A DNA stretch of 64,000 bases, taken from NCBI GenBank assembly GCA_964627805.1, contig CAZVLA010000036.1, positions 10,422 to 74,421 on the forward strand, in the 5' to 3' direction. Source of the stretch: an uncultured Desulfurococcaceae archaeon (lineage in GTDB: Archaea > Thermoproteota > Thermoprotei_A > Sulfolobales > NBVN01). Below the pieces are notes generated by a model. It was not told where the DNA came from. It was given only the letters and a program-made list of their open reading frames with translations, and searched no databases. Made by a program: the position numbers and the translations under genes. Below, one piece after another: positions 37,790 through 46,626 of this stretch. Each line of letters begins with the position of its first letter. The stretch's first letter is position 1.

Positions 37790-38551
37790 CTACCTACTAA
37801 TTAACTCGTTGATTACGTCGACTATCTTAGGTAGTGCCTCACCAGCTCGTTCCTTAATGAATATGTCTGCTATGTAGGTAATAGCACTCTCACTTACGTT
37901 GATCTCTATCACCTTACCTCCCCTATACTTAACTATCCTCGGTATGTAGGATGCTGGAGCAACTACTGCGCTAGTACCCACCACTAATATAGCGTCTGCC
38001 CTGTACGTATGCTCCATAGCTGAGGACCATGCATCCTCAGGTATTGCCTCACCAAACCATACTACGTCGGGCCTCAGTAGCGAGCCGCACTTAGGGCACT
38101 TAGGTGGTACTTCCTTAGGTGGTTCATTAATTACCTCCCTAAAGCCGCAGCTAACACACCTAACCCTCCTTAAGCTACCGTGTAACTCAATAACGCATTT
38201 AGAACCAGCTAGTTGGTGTAGTCCATCAACGTTCTGAGTTATTAAGCACTTAAGGATCCCTAAACCCTCAAGCTTAGCTAGTGCCTCATGAGCTGGGTTA
38301 GGCTTAGCCCTAAAGACTATACCCATCCTCCACACATACCACTCCCAAACCAACTTAGGGTTCCTACGGAACGCCTCTGGAGTAGCTAGTTCCTCAGCCC
38401 TAAACCTCCTCCATAGACCGTCCCTACCCCTAAAGGTAGGTACTCCGGACTCAGCAGATACCCCAGCACCCGTCAACGCTATTAAGTACTTAGACCTCAG
38501 TATGGCCTCAGCAGCCTCCCTAATTAAGTCCTTAACCACCCCACCACCCAC
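37790..38551 (-). CDS. cobB: NAD-dependent protein deacylase, Sir2 family
   Basis: GAGVSAESGVPTFRG, TQNVDGLH, zinc ribbon CVSCG...CPKCG, GTS block. Confidence 0.9.
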   Translation of the reverse strand: MGGGVVKDLIREAAEAILRSKYLIALTGAGVSAESGVPTFRGRDGLWRRFRAEELATPEAFRRNPKLVWEWYVWRMGIVFRAKPNPAHEALAKLEGLGILKCLITQNVDGLHQLAGSKCVIELHGSLRRVRCVSCGFREVINEPPKEVPPKCPKCGSLLRPDVVWFGEAIPEDAWSSAMEHTYRADAILVVGTSAVVAPASYIPRIVKYRGGKVIEINVSESAITYIADIFIKERAGEALPKIVDVINELISR

Positions 38552-38578
38552 TGAATTACTTGGCGTACATACATATTA

Positions 38579-38911
38579 GTGAGTAGTGCGTACCTAGGTA
38601 GGTGGTTATTAATGCTAGCTAAGAACCCCCTAGACCTGATTAAGGGTGAGTCATTAAGTACTGAGGGCGTCGCTCAAGCGATTAGATTAGCTATTATTGG
38701 TGAGTTAGACGCTATTAACCTGTACCTACAGTTGGCTGAGGTAATTAGTGATGGTAGGGTTAGGGAGGTTCTTAAGGACATTGCTGAGGAGGAGAAGGTG
38801 CATGTAGGTGAGTTACTTGAGGTTCTTAAGATGATTGATGAGGAGCAGAGTAAGGCACTGATTAAGGGTAGGGAGGAGGTTCGTGAGTTAATTGGTGGTG
38901 GTTCTAGGTAG
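38579..38911 (+). CDS. Encapsulated-ferritin-like (EncFtn family) small ferritin-like protein
   Basis: ATG at 38612 is the likelier start (99 aa). GELDAINLYLQ and IAEEEKVHVGELLEVLK match the E-x-x-A...Y and EExxH helices of EncFtn proteins as I recall them. Confidence 0.6.
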   Translation: MSSAYLGRWLLMLAKNPLDLIKGESLSTEGVAQAIRLAIIGELDAINLYLQLAEVISDGRVREVLKDIAEEEKVHVGELLEVLKMIDEEQSKALIKGREEVRELIGGGSR

Positions 38912-38947
38912 GTTAGCAGTGCTTATCGATTCATAAGTGATTTTATT

Positions 38948-38987
38948 AGGTTAGGTTTCCTAACCCTATAGAATAGTTAGATTTTTT
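38948..38987 (+). terminator. Hairpin plus T6 run downstream of the EncFtn-like gene
   Basis: AGGTTAGG-TTT-CCTAACCC (38948-38966; 7 of 8 positions pair), followed by TTTTTT at 38982-38987. Oligo-T tracts act as archaeal terminators. Confidence 0.35.
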
Positions 38988-39019
38988 ATCCTATAGGTTA
39001 ATTCTTCTCGGTGGGTTAG

Positions 39020-39547
39020 TTGAGGAGTAGGGCTTGGGAATCACTGCTTAAGTTAGGTGTTACGTACTCATTAGTGATGATACTGGCTTCACTTGCTTTA
39101 GGAGTTACTTATAGGGAGGTGAGTAAGGCTTACTTGAGTTCATTACCGCTGGATAAGTCATTGCTTGCTTCCTACTACTTAAGCTTAATGCATGGGCATG
39201 CGTTAGTAGCTGGTGCGTTACTAGTAACTACTTTGTTAGTGATTACCTACCTACTAATGAAGTCCGGAGTACTTAGTGAGGGTGACTTAATGGGTTTAAG
39301 GAAGGCTATGGTAGTGTTAGTTATTGGTTCATTAGCTGCGGTAGTGCTACTTACTTACAAGGGGTTAGTAGTAGCTACTAACTACGTAGGCTTAGGTAGC
39401 TTAGGTATGGCTAATGAAGCACTATTCGATGGTGATTCAGTAGTTAGGGAGGGTATCTACGGCGTATCTCACCTACTCTTAGGTATTGGGGTTACTTGGT
39501 ACGTTATTAAGTTAATGAAGGCGTCACTTAGGTTAGGTAAGTCATGA
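39020..39547 (+). CDS. Hypothetical membrane protein (4-5 TM)
   Basis: 175 aa, hydrophobic segments throughout, TTG start. No motif recognised. Confidence 0.5.
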   Translation: MRSRAWESLLKLGVTYSLVMILASLALGVTYREVSKAYLSSLPLDKSLLASYYLSLMHGHALVAGALLVTTLLVITYLLMKSGVLSEGDLMGLRKAMVVLVIGSLAAVVLLTYKGLVVATNYVGLGSLGMANEALFDGDSVVREGIYGVSHLLLGIGVTWYVIKLMKASLRLGKS

Positions 39548-39601
39548 ATGTACTGAACGTCTTTAACTAGGGTATACTCAGTATTAAGTGGTAGTGAGTG
39601 T

Positions 39602-40093
39602 ATGAGGTCGTACGTCTTTAGGAGGTTCATGATACCTACTACGTACTTAGTAATAGGTACCACATCACTAGCTTACGGAGGTACCTTAGTACTTAATTAC
39701 TTAGCTGAGCTAGTGATTAGGTTAGTGTCTTCAGTAGTCTTCATACTAACAATCATAGCTATGGTTAAGGTACACTCAATGTACCCTAAGAAGCATGACC
39801 TACCGTCAGACTTCCCTAAGCTACTTAGGGAGGGTCCGTACGCAGTAGTTAGGCACCCACTATACGCACTAGTAATTACTAATCAATTAAGCATACCTGC
39901 ATTCATGCTTAGTCTATGGGGGCTAATTACCTTCCTAGCATGCCTACCCCTATGGTACGTACTGATTAGGCTTGAGGAGAGGGAACTCATTGATTACTGG
40001 GGTGAGGAGTACTTAAGGTACATGAGGGAGGTCCCATCAATCATACCCATACCTAGGAGGTTTAGGAGGGGTGGTTCCGGAGGTAATTCTTAA
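39602..40093 (+). CDS. Isoprenylcysteine carboxyl methyltransferase (ICMT) / phospholipid methyltransferase family membrane protein
   Basis: 163 aa, multi-TM. LREGPYAVVRHPLYAL and EERELIDYWGEEY match the ICMT/PEMT C-terminal cofactor-binding region. Confidence 0.7.
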   Translation: MRSYVFRRFMIPTTYLVIGTTSLAYGGTLVLNYLAELVIRLVSSVVFILTIIAMVKVHSMYPKKHDLPSDFPKLLREGPYAVVRHPLYALVITNQLSIPAFMLSLWGLITFLACLPLWYVLIRLEERELIDYWGEEYLRYMREVPSIIPIPRRFRRGGSGGNS

Positions 40094-40129
40094 ATACCTC
40101 GCACCCCGAGGTATTTCTTAGGTGCTGGA

Positions 40130-41014
40130 ATGAGTACTTACGAACTACCCCTACGTAAGGTATTGATTACCTACGTACTAACCTCCTTCAGTATTGCTTA
40201 CCTACTAGACACACCCCTAATAACTGGTTATTTACCACGTACGTACTTCCCCCTAATAGCTACGGTACGTATGTGGGCACCATTCACAGCAGTAATTACC
40301 TCACTCTGGGTCTGTGGCGTACCTATTAGGGGTGGTCTTAAGTACGTTGGTGTTAGGTTAGGTAGGCTTAAGTACGTACCCCTAGCCCTCTCAATACCCT
40401 ACGTAATATACTTACTAGGTGCTAGTATCTGCTACTTAGGGGGTCTAGAACCCACTAACCCACTACTAGCTATTACTAAGGAGTTAGGTAAGTCAGCAGT
40501 GATTGCGTCAGCACTCATTAAGGCTAACCCACTAGGTTTCCTAGCCCTCCAACTAGTGATGTCGGGGGTTGCTGGAGTAACGATTAATGCTGTAGTAGCT
40601 CTTGGTGAGGAGGTTGGTTGGAGGGGCTTAATGTACTCAGTACTAAGGCCTAAGTACGGGTTAGTACCCTCAGCACTAGTGACTGGTGTTGCTTGGGGTT
40701 TATGGCACGCACCACTAATAATATTCCTTAAGTACGGACTACCACACCACCCAGACGCCTTAGGCGTAGCTATGTACACGGCAGTAGTGAGTGTTTGGTC
40801 GTTAATTATGTACGTACTTAGGGAGGCTTCAGGATCCGTAGTACCTCCAGCCGTAATGCACGGTACCTTAAACGCCTTAGGTAATTTAATGCTATTCACC
40901 TACCCAGGTATTGATGAGGTATACACCATACCCTTAGGGCTAGCTTCCTTAGTAGCTTCAGTTTTAGTAGCTACTGCATTACTCATTATAAGGTCCGCCT
41001 TAATGAGTAGGTAA
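40130..41014 (+). CDS. CPBP family intramembrane glutamic endopeptidase (CAAX protease / Abi family)
   Basis: 294 aa, polytopic. Motif 1 EEVGWRGLMY (EExxxR), motif 2 WGLWHAP, motif 3 HGTLN. Confidence 0.8.
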   Translation: MSTYELPLRKVLITYVLTSFSIAYLLDTPLITGYLPRTYFPLIATVRMWAPFTAVITSLWVCGVPIRGGLKYVGVRLGRLKYVPLALSIPYVIYLLGASICYLGGLEPTNPLLAITKELGKSAVIASALIKANPLGFLALQLVMSGVAGVTINAVVALGEEVGWRGLMYSVLRPKYGLVPSALVTGVAWGLWHAPLIIFLKYGLPHHPDALGVAMYTAVVSVWSLIMYVLREASGSVVPPAVMHGTLNALGNLMLFTYPGIDEVYTIPLGLASLVASVLVATALLIIRSALMSR

Positions 41015-41089
41015 TTAAGTAGTTAGTAGAACCTAAGCCACTCAATACTAATTACTGACCTTAACCAGTAATTAATTGGGTGTTCTTCA

Positions 41090-41854
41090 TTGGGTAGGTG
41101 GTCTGAACTTCATGAGAGGATCTTGAGGATTATAAGACCCAAGGGTGACCCAGTAGGTATTAAGTTATTCACTACGGAGGATGAGGCCCGTAGAGTTGCT
41201 GGTGAGTTCTCTAAGTTAAGTATAGCTATGTGCCAAGCAATTAAGTTAGCATCAAACTGTAGGCAGGTAGTAATAGCTAATGCTGATAACATTGATGAGT
41301 GCGTCGTAGGTACTTACGTACTAGGCTTTAAGGAACCACCACCAGACCTCGAGAAGAGGTGGGTTGAGGGATTCGGCTACACACCCGAGCTATTCAAGAA
41401 GTTAGTTGAGGGTGTCCACGCACTACCCATGGGTAAGTACAGAGCAGCTGTATTCGCGCCACTCAAGAACTTCGATAAGTACGGTGTCGAGCCCGACGCT
41501 ATAGTATTAGTAGTTAATTCAATGCAGGCATACCTAGCACTAGTCGGTTACTTCGACGCTACGGGTAAGAAAGTAGTTAGTGACTTCAACGGACACGCAG
41601 CTTGCGAGGTAGTAGCTACGGTAGTTAATGGTAAGTCACCATGGCTGACAATACCGTGTGGTGGTGCTAGGGGTATTGCTGAAGCTCAAGACGATGAGTT
41701 ATGGCTAGGTATGAGAGTTAATGAGGTTGAGGCAGCCCTCAAGAGGCTTGAGGCAGTAGGACTTAACTACCCACCACCAATCTTCCAGAAGCTATGGTCA
41801 CCACTAGTACCTAAGCACCCACTAACCTACTTAATAGCTAGGAAACCAAAGTAG
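41090..41854 (+). CDS. DUF169 (COG2043-like) protein
   Basis: 254 aa. N-terminal PVGIKLF block and conserved Cys positions ([18 protein letters not shown]) resemble DUF169 as I recall it. Confidence 0.5.
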   Translation: MGRWSELHERILRIIRPKGDPVGIKLFTTEDEARRVAGEFSKLSIAMCQAIKLASNCRQVVIANADNIDECVVGTYVLGFKEPPPDLEKRWVEGFGYTPELFKKLVEGVHALPMGKYRAAVFAPLKNFDKYGVEPDAIVLVVNSMQAYLALVGYFDATGKKVVSDFNGHAACEVVATVVNGKSPWLTIPCGGARGIAEAQDDELWLGMRVNEVEAALKRLEAVGLNYPPPIFQKLWSPLVPKHPLTYLIARKPK

Positions 41855-41934
41855 TTTTTACCATACCCAACCCTACTCAAGAGTAGGGGTTAACTTATAC
41901 GGGGAGTCACCCCCAGTACTTAGGGAGTAACTCG

Positions 41935-42927
41935 GTGTGGAGTAAGTTAAGGATACTACCACCTAAGGACTTAAGGTACGGAGGCTCAGCTAAGCTACAT
42001 CCTGAGGTTTACCGTTGGTTAAGTAGTTACGGTGGCTACTCAGTAATTACTTACTGGTTTAAGTTCCCCTACGACCTCATACCCGGTGATGGTGTTGAGT
42101 ACGAACCCCTAAGCATTATTGAGTGTGGGGAGGGTCTTCGTGAGGTTCAGGTTAGGGCTCACTGGAGGTTAATAGGCTTTAGTCGTGACGTGCTCGACTT
42201 AAGTAGTGGTTACTTAGTAGTTAGCTTTACGGACTCAGGGCATACACCACTACCTAAGCTTAATGAGGGTATTAAGTTACGTGAGTTAATGAGTAGGACC
42301 TACGTATTAAGTCCTGAAGTACTTAATGACTCAGTAACCCTCCTGTCAGTTACTGCAGTAATTACTTACTCACTCATGACTAGTGATTGGGGGGACGCCT
42401 ACGAACCCGTAATCCATGAGGGTGGGGGACCTACGAAGGACTTAAGAGTGGGTAGGGACCCCTTAAGTAAGCCTTGGGTAGTTCCTGAAGGACTTAGTAG
42501 GGTAGGTACTCCAGTAGTTAATGCTTGGTTAAGTGACGTATCTGGGTTACTGAACACACCCTTAGGGGAAGTCGTTAGTGAGTCCATTAAGTACTTAGGA
42601 GTTGGTGATGCTTTAGAAGCTATTAACTCATGCGTAGACCCTAACTCAAGGATTGAGGGTGTAGGTGATGGGTTACTTAAGTCAGTAATTAATGCGTTCC
42701 TTAAGGGGTACGGAGTATCTAGGGGATGTGTTGATTACGTACTTAGGAAGTACCTACCATTAACTATAGTTACTTCAGTACTACCTAACATTACTAACTT
42801 AATAAGTAAGGAGTTACTACCTAAGGTGCTTAAGGCTTCATTAATAGTCATAACCGCCTACTTAAGTGACGTAGGTGACGTACTTAGTGCTTACTTAAGG
42901 AGGTTAGGTAGTGGCTTACCTACTTGA
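41935..42927 (+). CDS. Hypothetical protein
   Basis: 330-aa ORF with typical local codon usage. No recognisable motif. Confidence 0.5.
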   Translation: MWSKLRILPPKDLRYGGSAKLHPEVYRWLSSYGGYSVITYWFKFPYDLIPGDGVEYEPLSIIECGEGLREVQVRAHWRLIGFSRDVLDLSSGYLVVSFTDSGHTPLPKLNEGIKLRELMSRTYVLSPEVLNDSVTLLSVTAVITYSLMTSDWGDAYEPVIHEGGGPTKDLRVGRDPLSKPWVVPEGLSRVGTPVVNAWLSDVSGLLNTPLGEVVSESIKYLGVGDALEAINSCVDPNSRIEGVGDGLLKSVINAFLKGYGVSRGCVDYVLRKYLPLTIVTSVLPNITNLISKELLPKVLKASLIVITAYLSDVGDVLSAYLRRLGSGLPT

Positions 42928-44196
42928 GTGGGGCCTTACCCAAGGCTCCTCACGTGTTGGCTCGGTTAATCTAGTTAATTCCCTGTTTAGGAACTTCCTA
43001 ATAGCTACCTCTAAGGTAGTCCCCTCATCAACCCTCCAAACGAATATCTTATGCCTAAGTAGTAGTGAGTAAGCTAACTCACCTATATTAGTTACTAGTA
43101 CGTCAGTAACTCCTAACCTATGGAGCTCCTCAGCAACCGTAGCACCTACTAGTAACTTCCTCCTAACACCACCCTCTGAAGTACCTACCTTAGGTTCAGG
43201 CCTCCTAACGTACTCCACCTTAACCACTTCACCACCCCTAACCCTAACTATGGTGAAGTACTTAGCCCTACCGAAGTGCTTAGATAGGGGCTTACCCATA
43301 CCTACCTCATCCTGAGGTACGCATATCGTGAATTCCTCCCTAACCCTAGGCTCGACCTTAACCACTACATCCTCTACGTATGGGTACCTCCTCCTAACCT
43401 CCCTACTGAACCTACTTATGAATACGTAGGTATCCTCGATTAGGTGTAGTGGTGGTGCTTGAGTAGTTACCTCAAGAAACACTACAGGACCTGCCCACCT
43501 AGCCCTTAAGTCAGTAAGTACGTACTCACCCCTAGACACCTCCCTAAACACCTCCTTAACACCCTCCATGAAACCCCTATCCTTAGGTAGGTCTAGGAGC
43601 GATAGTAGTGAGTCCTTACCAGCTTCGTAGGAGGCCCAGAAGAGACCAGCTACAGCAACGATTACTGAGGCTAGGTAAGCAATTACGGAGTTAGTTAGGA
43701 GGTAAGTAATTAGACCTACTAAGACCCCCGAACCCTCAATAACGTCGGATACCGTATGTAGTGCGTCAGCTCTTAAGGCTGGTGAGTTACTTACTGAAGC
43801 ACCCCTAAACTTAACGTAAGCAGCACCACCTATGAGGGGTAGTGAAGCTGCTTGAGTAATAGCTGGTAGTGGGTTAGGTGGTGTTAAGGACTTAGTAGTT
43901 AGGGATGAGGTCAGTACCTCAGCACCTAGGAACGCCATAGCTACAGCTAAGCCTAAGCTAGCTAAGTCCTCAATCCTGTATAGCCCGTAGGGGAACTTCC
44001 TAGATACCTCAGACCTCACCAGAACCATCGACGCTAGGACCGCTAAGGTAATGACTACATCAAGTAATGCGTGCATAGCCTCAACAGCTACTGCCGCATT
44101 ACCTACTAAGTAACCACCTAAGAACCTAAGTAGGGTAGCTAATGCCGTCAGTAGTAGTGAAGCTAGTACGTACCTATACACGCTACGTAGGGACAC
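42916..44196 (-). CDS. Cation diffusion facilitator transporter fused to a NifX/NifB-like (dinitrogenase FeMo-cofactor-binding fold) domain
   Basis: TM domain with AMHALLDVV and HTVSDVIEG (CDF metal-site helices), and a cytoplasmic CDF domain. Then the C-terminal block ICVPQDE...LSKHFGRAKYFTIV is typical of the Nitro_FeMo-Co domain. Confidence 0.7.
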   Translation of the reverse strand: MSLRSVYRYVLASLLLTALATLLRFLGGYLVGNAAVAVEAMHALLDVVITLAVLASMVLVRSEVSRKFPYGLYRIEDLASLGLAVAMAFLGAEVLTSSLTTKSLTPPNPLPAITQAASLPLIGGAAYVKFRGASVSNSPALRADALHTVSDVIEGSGVLVGLITYLLTNSVIAYLASVIVAVAGLFWASYEAGKDSLLSLLDLPKDRGFMEGVKEVFREVSRGEYVLTDLRARWAGPVVFLEVTTQAPPLHLIEDTYVFISRFSREVRRRYPYVEDVVVKVEPRVREEFTICVPQDEVGMGKPLSKHFGRAKYFTIVRVRGGEVVKVEYVRRPEPKVGTSEGGVRRKLLVGATVAEELHRLGVTDVLVTNIGELAYSLLLRHKIFVWRVDEGTTLEVAIRKFLNRELTRLTEPTREEPWVRPHSSR

Positions 44197-44315
44197 TCAA
44201 CCACCTAAGCCTTAATTACTTAGGGGTAAATAACGTGATTATAGGTGGGCTTAACTGAATTAGTTAAACCCAAGCATTATTACCTAAGCCTAAACCCTAC
44301 GAATTAGGTGGTTCA

Positions 44316-45119
44316 ATGAGTAGTAAGTTAAGTAACTTAAACACACTACAGTTAGGGATCCTAGCATTCGCTGGTGCCGCCTCATTAGATGCCTTAAGCA
44401 GTATCGTGGTATCCGCTGGTTTACTAGCGATTCCATTCGTTACTAGGGCGGTTGCTTTAGGGGTAGTTATTGGGTTACTTGAGTTCTGCGTAGTCGCTAT
44501 AGCCCTCATACCTAGGGTTAAGTCATTAAGTACTGACTTAAGTAGTGACTTAGTTAGTGGGAGGGGTGCGTTACTGATTACGCTACTCACCCTAATACTG
44601 ATCATAGGTGGTGCTGAGTTAATAGCCTTCGGGGCAGTCCTCCCAGGCTCTATGGAGATCGTAGGTGCTGTAGTAGGTGCTTTAGTTTACTTCATTAAGT
44701 TCAGGTCATCACTACCCGTGAGTAGGAATGAGTTACTTACGTCAGTACTTACTTTAGTAGCTATGGTGTTCCTAGCAATAGCTGGGTTTAGTGGGGCACC
44801 TAACGTACTAACTACCCACTTAGGTGTGGTCTCCATAGCCCTAATGATGGTTGCTGTAGCTGCCCTCGCTAGGAGTTACGGAGCTAGTGATAAGGTCGTC
44901 GCTGCGTTACTCACGGTAGCAGCTATAGTGTTCGCGGTATCCCTACTCGTAGGTAATGGGGTGGGTATATGGCTATCATCAAGGGCCTTCAGATTCGGTG
45001 GTGCCGTACTCGCTGGTGCTGTACTGGGGATACTATCAGGTATTTCAGGTGTCATAGCTGGTGTAGTGCTAGTTATTGAGGGTTTGAGGAAGGTAGGTAA
45101 CTTAATGAAGGGTAGTTAA
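44316..45119 (+). CDS. Hypothetical polytopic membrane protein (Ala/Gly/Val-rich)
   Basis: 267 aa, about eight hydrophobic segments. The antisense ORF 44297-44605 was judged a shadow. Confidence 0.5.
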   Translation: MSSKLSNLNTLQLGILAFAGAASLDALSSIVVSAGLLAIPFVTRAVALGVVIGLLEFCVVAIALIPRVKSLSTDLSSDLVSGRGALLITLLTLILIIGGAELIAFGAVLPGSMEIVGAVVGALVYFIKFRSSLPVSRNELLTSVLTLVAMVFLAIAGFSGAPNVLTTHLGVVSIALMMVAVAALARSYGASDKVVAALLTVAAIVFAVSLLVGNGVGIWLSSRAFRFGGAVLAGAVLGILSGISGVIAGVVLVIEGLRKVGNLMKGS

Positions 45120-45193
45120 TGATTCAGTATTCTGTACGGCAGAACTCATTATCCGCTTTTCAAACCCTAAGTAATTAATTACTGGTGTAGGGG

Positions 45194-46513
45194 GTGATTA
45201 GGGACTACACACTACTAACTGCCTCAGTAATTGCTGCGTTAGTCGTACTTACTTCATTAGTTCCTCAAGTAGTTACTAGTGGTGCTGGGGTTGAGGGGGT
45301 ACCTTACTACCCAATGCACTCAGCTATATGCGCTATTAAGTCACTACAGATGGTCCTATCCTACTACGGGTACAACTACAGTGAGTCCCTACTACTCCAG
45401 TTAAGTGGTTGGGACTACGGCGCCTTCTACCTACCTAATCAGCACGTAGGTTTCGGTATAGGTCTATACCCAGTAACCGCTATGTTCAGAGCTAGTAACT
45501 TACTGGGGTTTGACATGAGTTACTTAAGTAAGAGTGACTTTAACGACGCACTAAACTACGTAATTAACGCCTTAAGGAACTCAACACCCGTGATTATTCA
45601 GTTAAGGGAGCATACCGTAGTTGCTGCTGGCTACACTAAGGACTCACTAATAATTAATGACCCAAGCGGTGGCCCCTACTCATGGAGTAGCTTAGAGGAT
45701 TTTGAGGTACTTAACATTAGTAAGCACTTAAGTAGGGACTTCATTAAGTACTACAAACTAATAAGTAGTAGGGTAGGGTTCGGTGGTTACGTCAGGATTA
45801 ATTACGGGGTACTTAGGGAGTTATGGAGGTCTTGGTGGGGTACTTACCAGTTAATAATTATTAAGCCTAGGAAGCCTAGGGAATTCATTAACTTGAGCCT
45901 ATGGGCTGAAGTACTTAGGTATGATGGTGAGTTAGAACTAGGTATTACTGGTGGGGGTGGTGGGGGTACTTACTTAAGTGGTGTTAGGGCTTGGAGGGCA
46001 TTAGCTGAGGACCTAGCACTGTACTTCCCAAGCGTAGTTAGGGAGTACCCAGCTAATCTATACTGGATTAAGTCCTGCATGCTAGACATAGCTACTGCGA
46101 GGAGGTTAGACGCCTCATCATTCCTAAGTAGCTTAGCTAACACCATTAAGTCAAGGAACTTAAGCCTAGCTTCCTGGTACTTAGAGAGGGCCTCCGACGA
46201 ATTCAGCTACGCATCAGTCCTCGTAGCTCAAGCAATTAAGTACAGAAGCAACTCCTCACTAGTTAAGGAATTACTCACTAGAGCATCAAAACACGTACTT
46301 AAGGCAGCTAAGTACGAAGAACTAGCTGGTAAGTACTTAATAATGGCGTCTAAAGAAATCAGTAAGTACCCCCTAAGGAAGGAAGTAATTAACGCAGTAA
46401 GTAAGGAGGGATTAACTGAGGAAGTAACGTACGCACTAATAACAGCAGTAATAGCTGCTGCGGCGGCCTCAGTAGTAGCTGTATTAATTAAGGGTAGGAC
46501 TAAGGAACGCTAG
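45194..46513 (+). CDS. Exported C39-like (papain-fold) cysteine peptidase domain protein with C-terminal TM anchor
   Basis: N-terminal signal-like LLTASVIAALVVLTSLV. HSAICAIKSLQMVLSYYG (Cys block) and EHTVVAAGYTKDSLIINDPSGG (His block) as in Peptidase_C39_2. GGGGGG linker, helical region, then C-terminal TM ALITAVIAAAAASVVAVLI. Confidence 0.6.
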   Translation: MIRDYTLLTASVIAALVVLTSLVPQVVTSGAGVEGVPYYPMHSAICAIKSLQMVLSYYGYNYSESLLLQLSGWDYGAFYLPNQHVGFGIGLYPVTAMFRASNLLGFDMSYLSKSDFNDALNYVINALRNSTPVIIQLREHTVVAAGYTKDSLIINDPSGGPYSWSSLEDFEVLNISKHLSRDFIKYYKLISSRVGFGGYVRINYGVLRELWRSWWGTYQLIIIKPRKPREFINLSLWAEVLRYDGELELGITGGGGGGTYLSGVRAWRALAEDLALYFPSVVREYPANLYWIKSCMLDIATARRLDASSFLSSLANTIKSRNLSLASWYLERASDEFSYASVLVAQAIKYRSNSSLVKELLTRASKHVLKAAKYEELAGKYLIMASKEISKYPLRKEVINAVSKEGLTEEVTYALITAVIAAAAASVVAVLIKGRTKER

Positions 46514-46626
46514 ATAATATCACGTAACTTCATACCATACACTCCCATAACGCATTAATTAACTACCGTACCCAGTACTGAGCACGTACTTAGAACTCAT
46601 TTAAAACACTCACCGTAGCGGATAAT

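Noticed and set aside
40432-40899. 155-aa antisense ORF within the CPBP protease gene, and similarly 46590-46910 and 46911-47120 against the second CPBP gene.
   Set aside because: The sense ORFs contain all three CPBP motifs. The antisense ORFs have none.
45945-45970. G-rich run GGTGGGGGTGGTGGGGGT, considered as a G-quadruplex or slippery site.
   Set aside because: It simply encodes the GGGGGG linker of the C39-like protein in frame, and it lacks four separate G3+ tracts.
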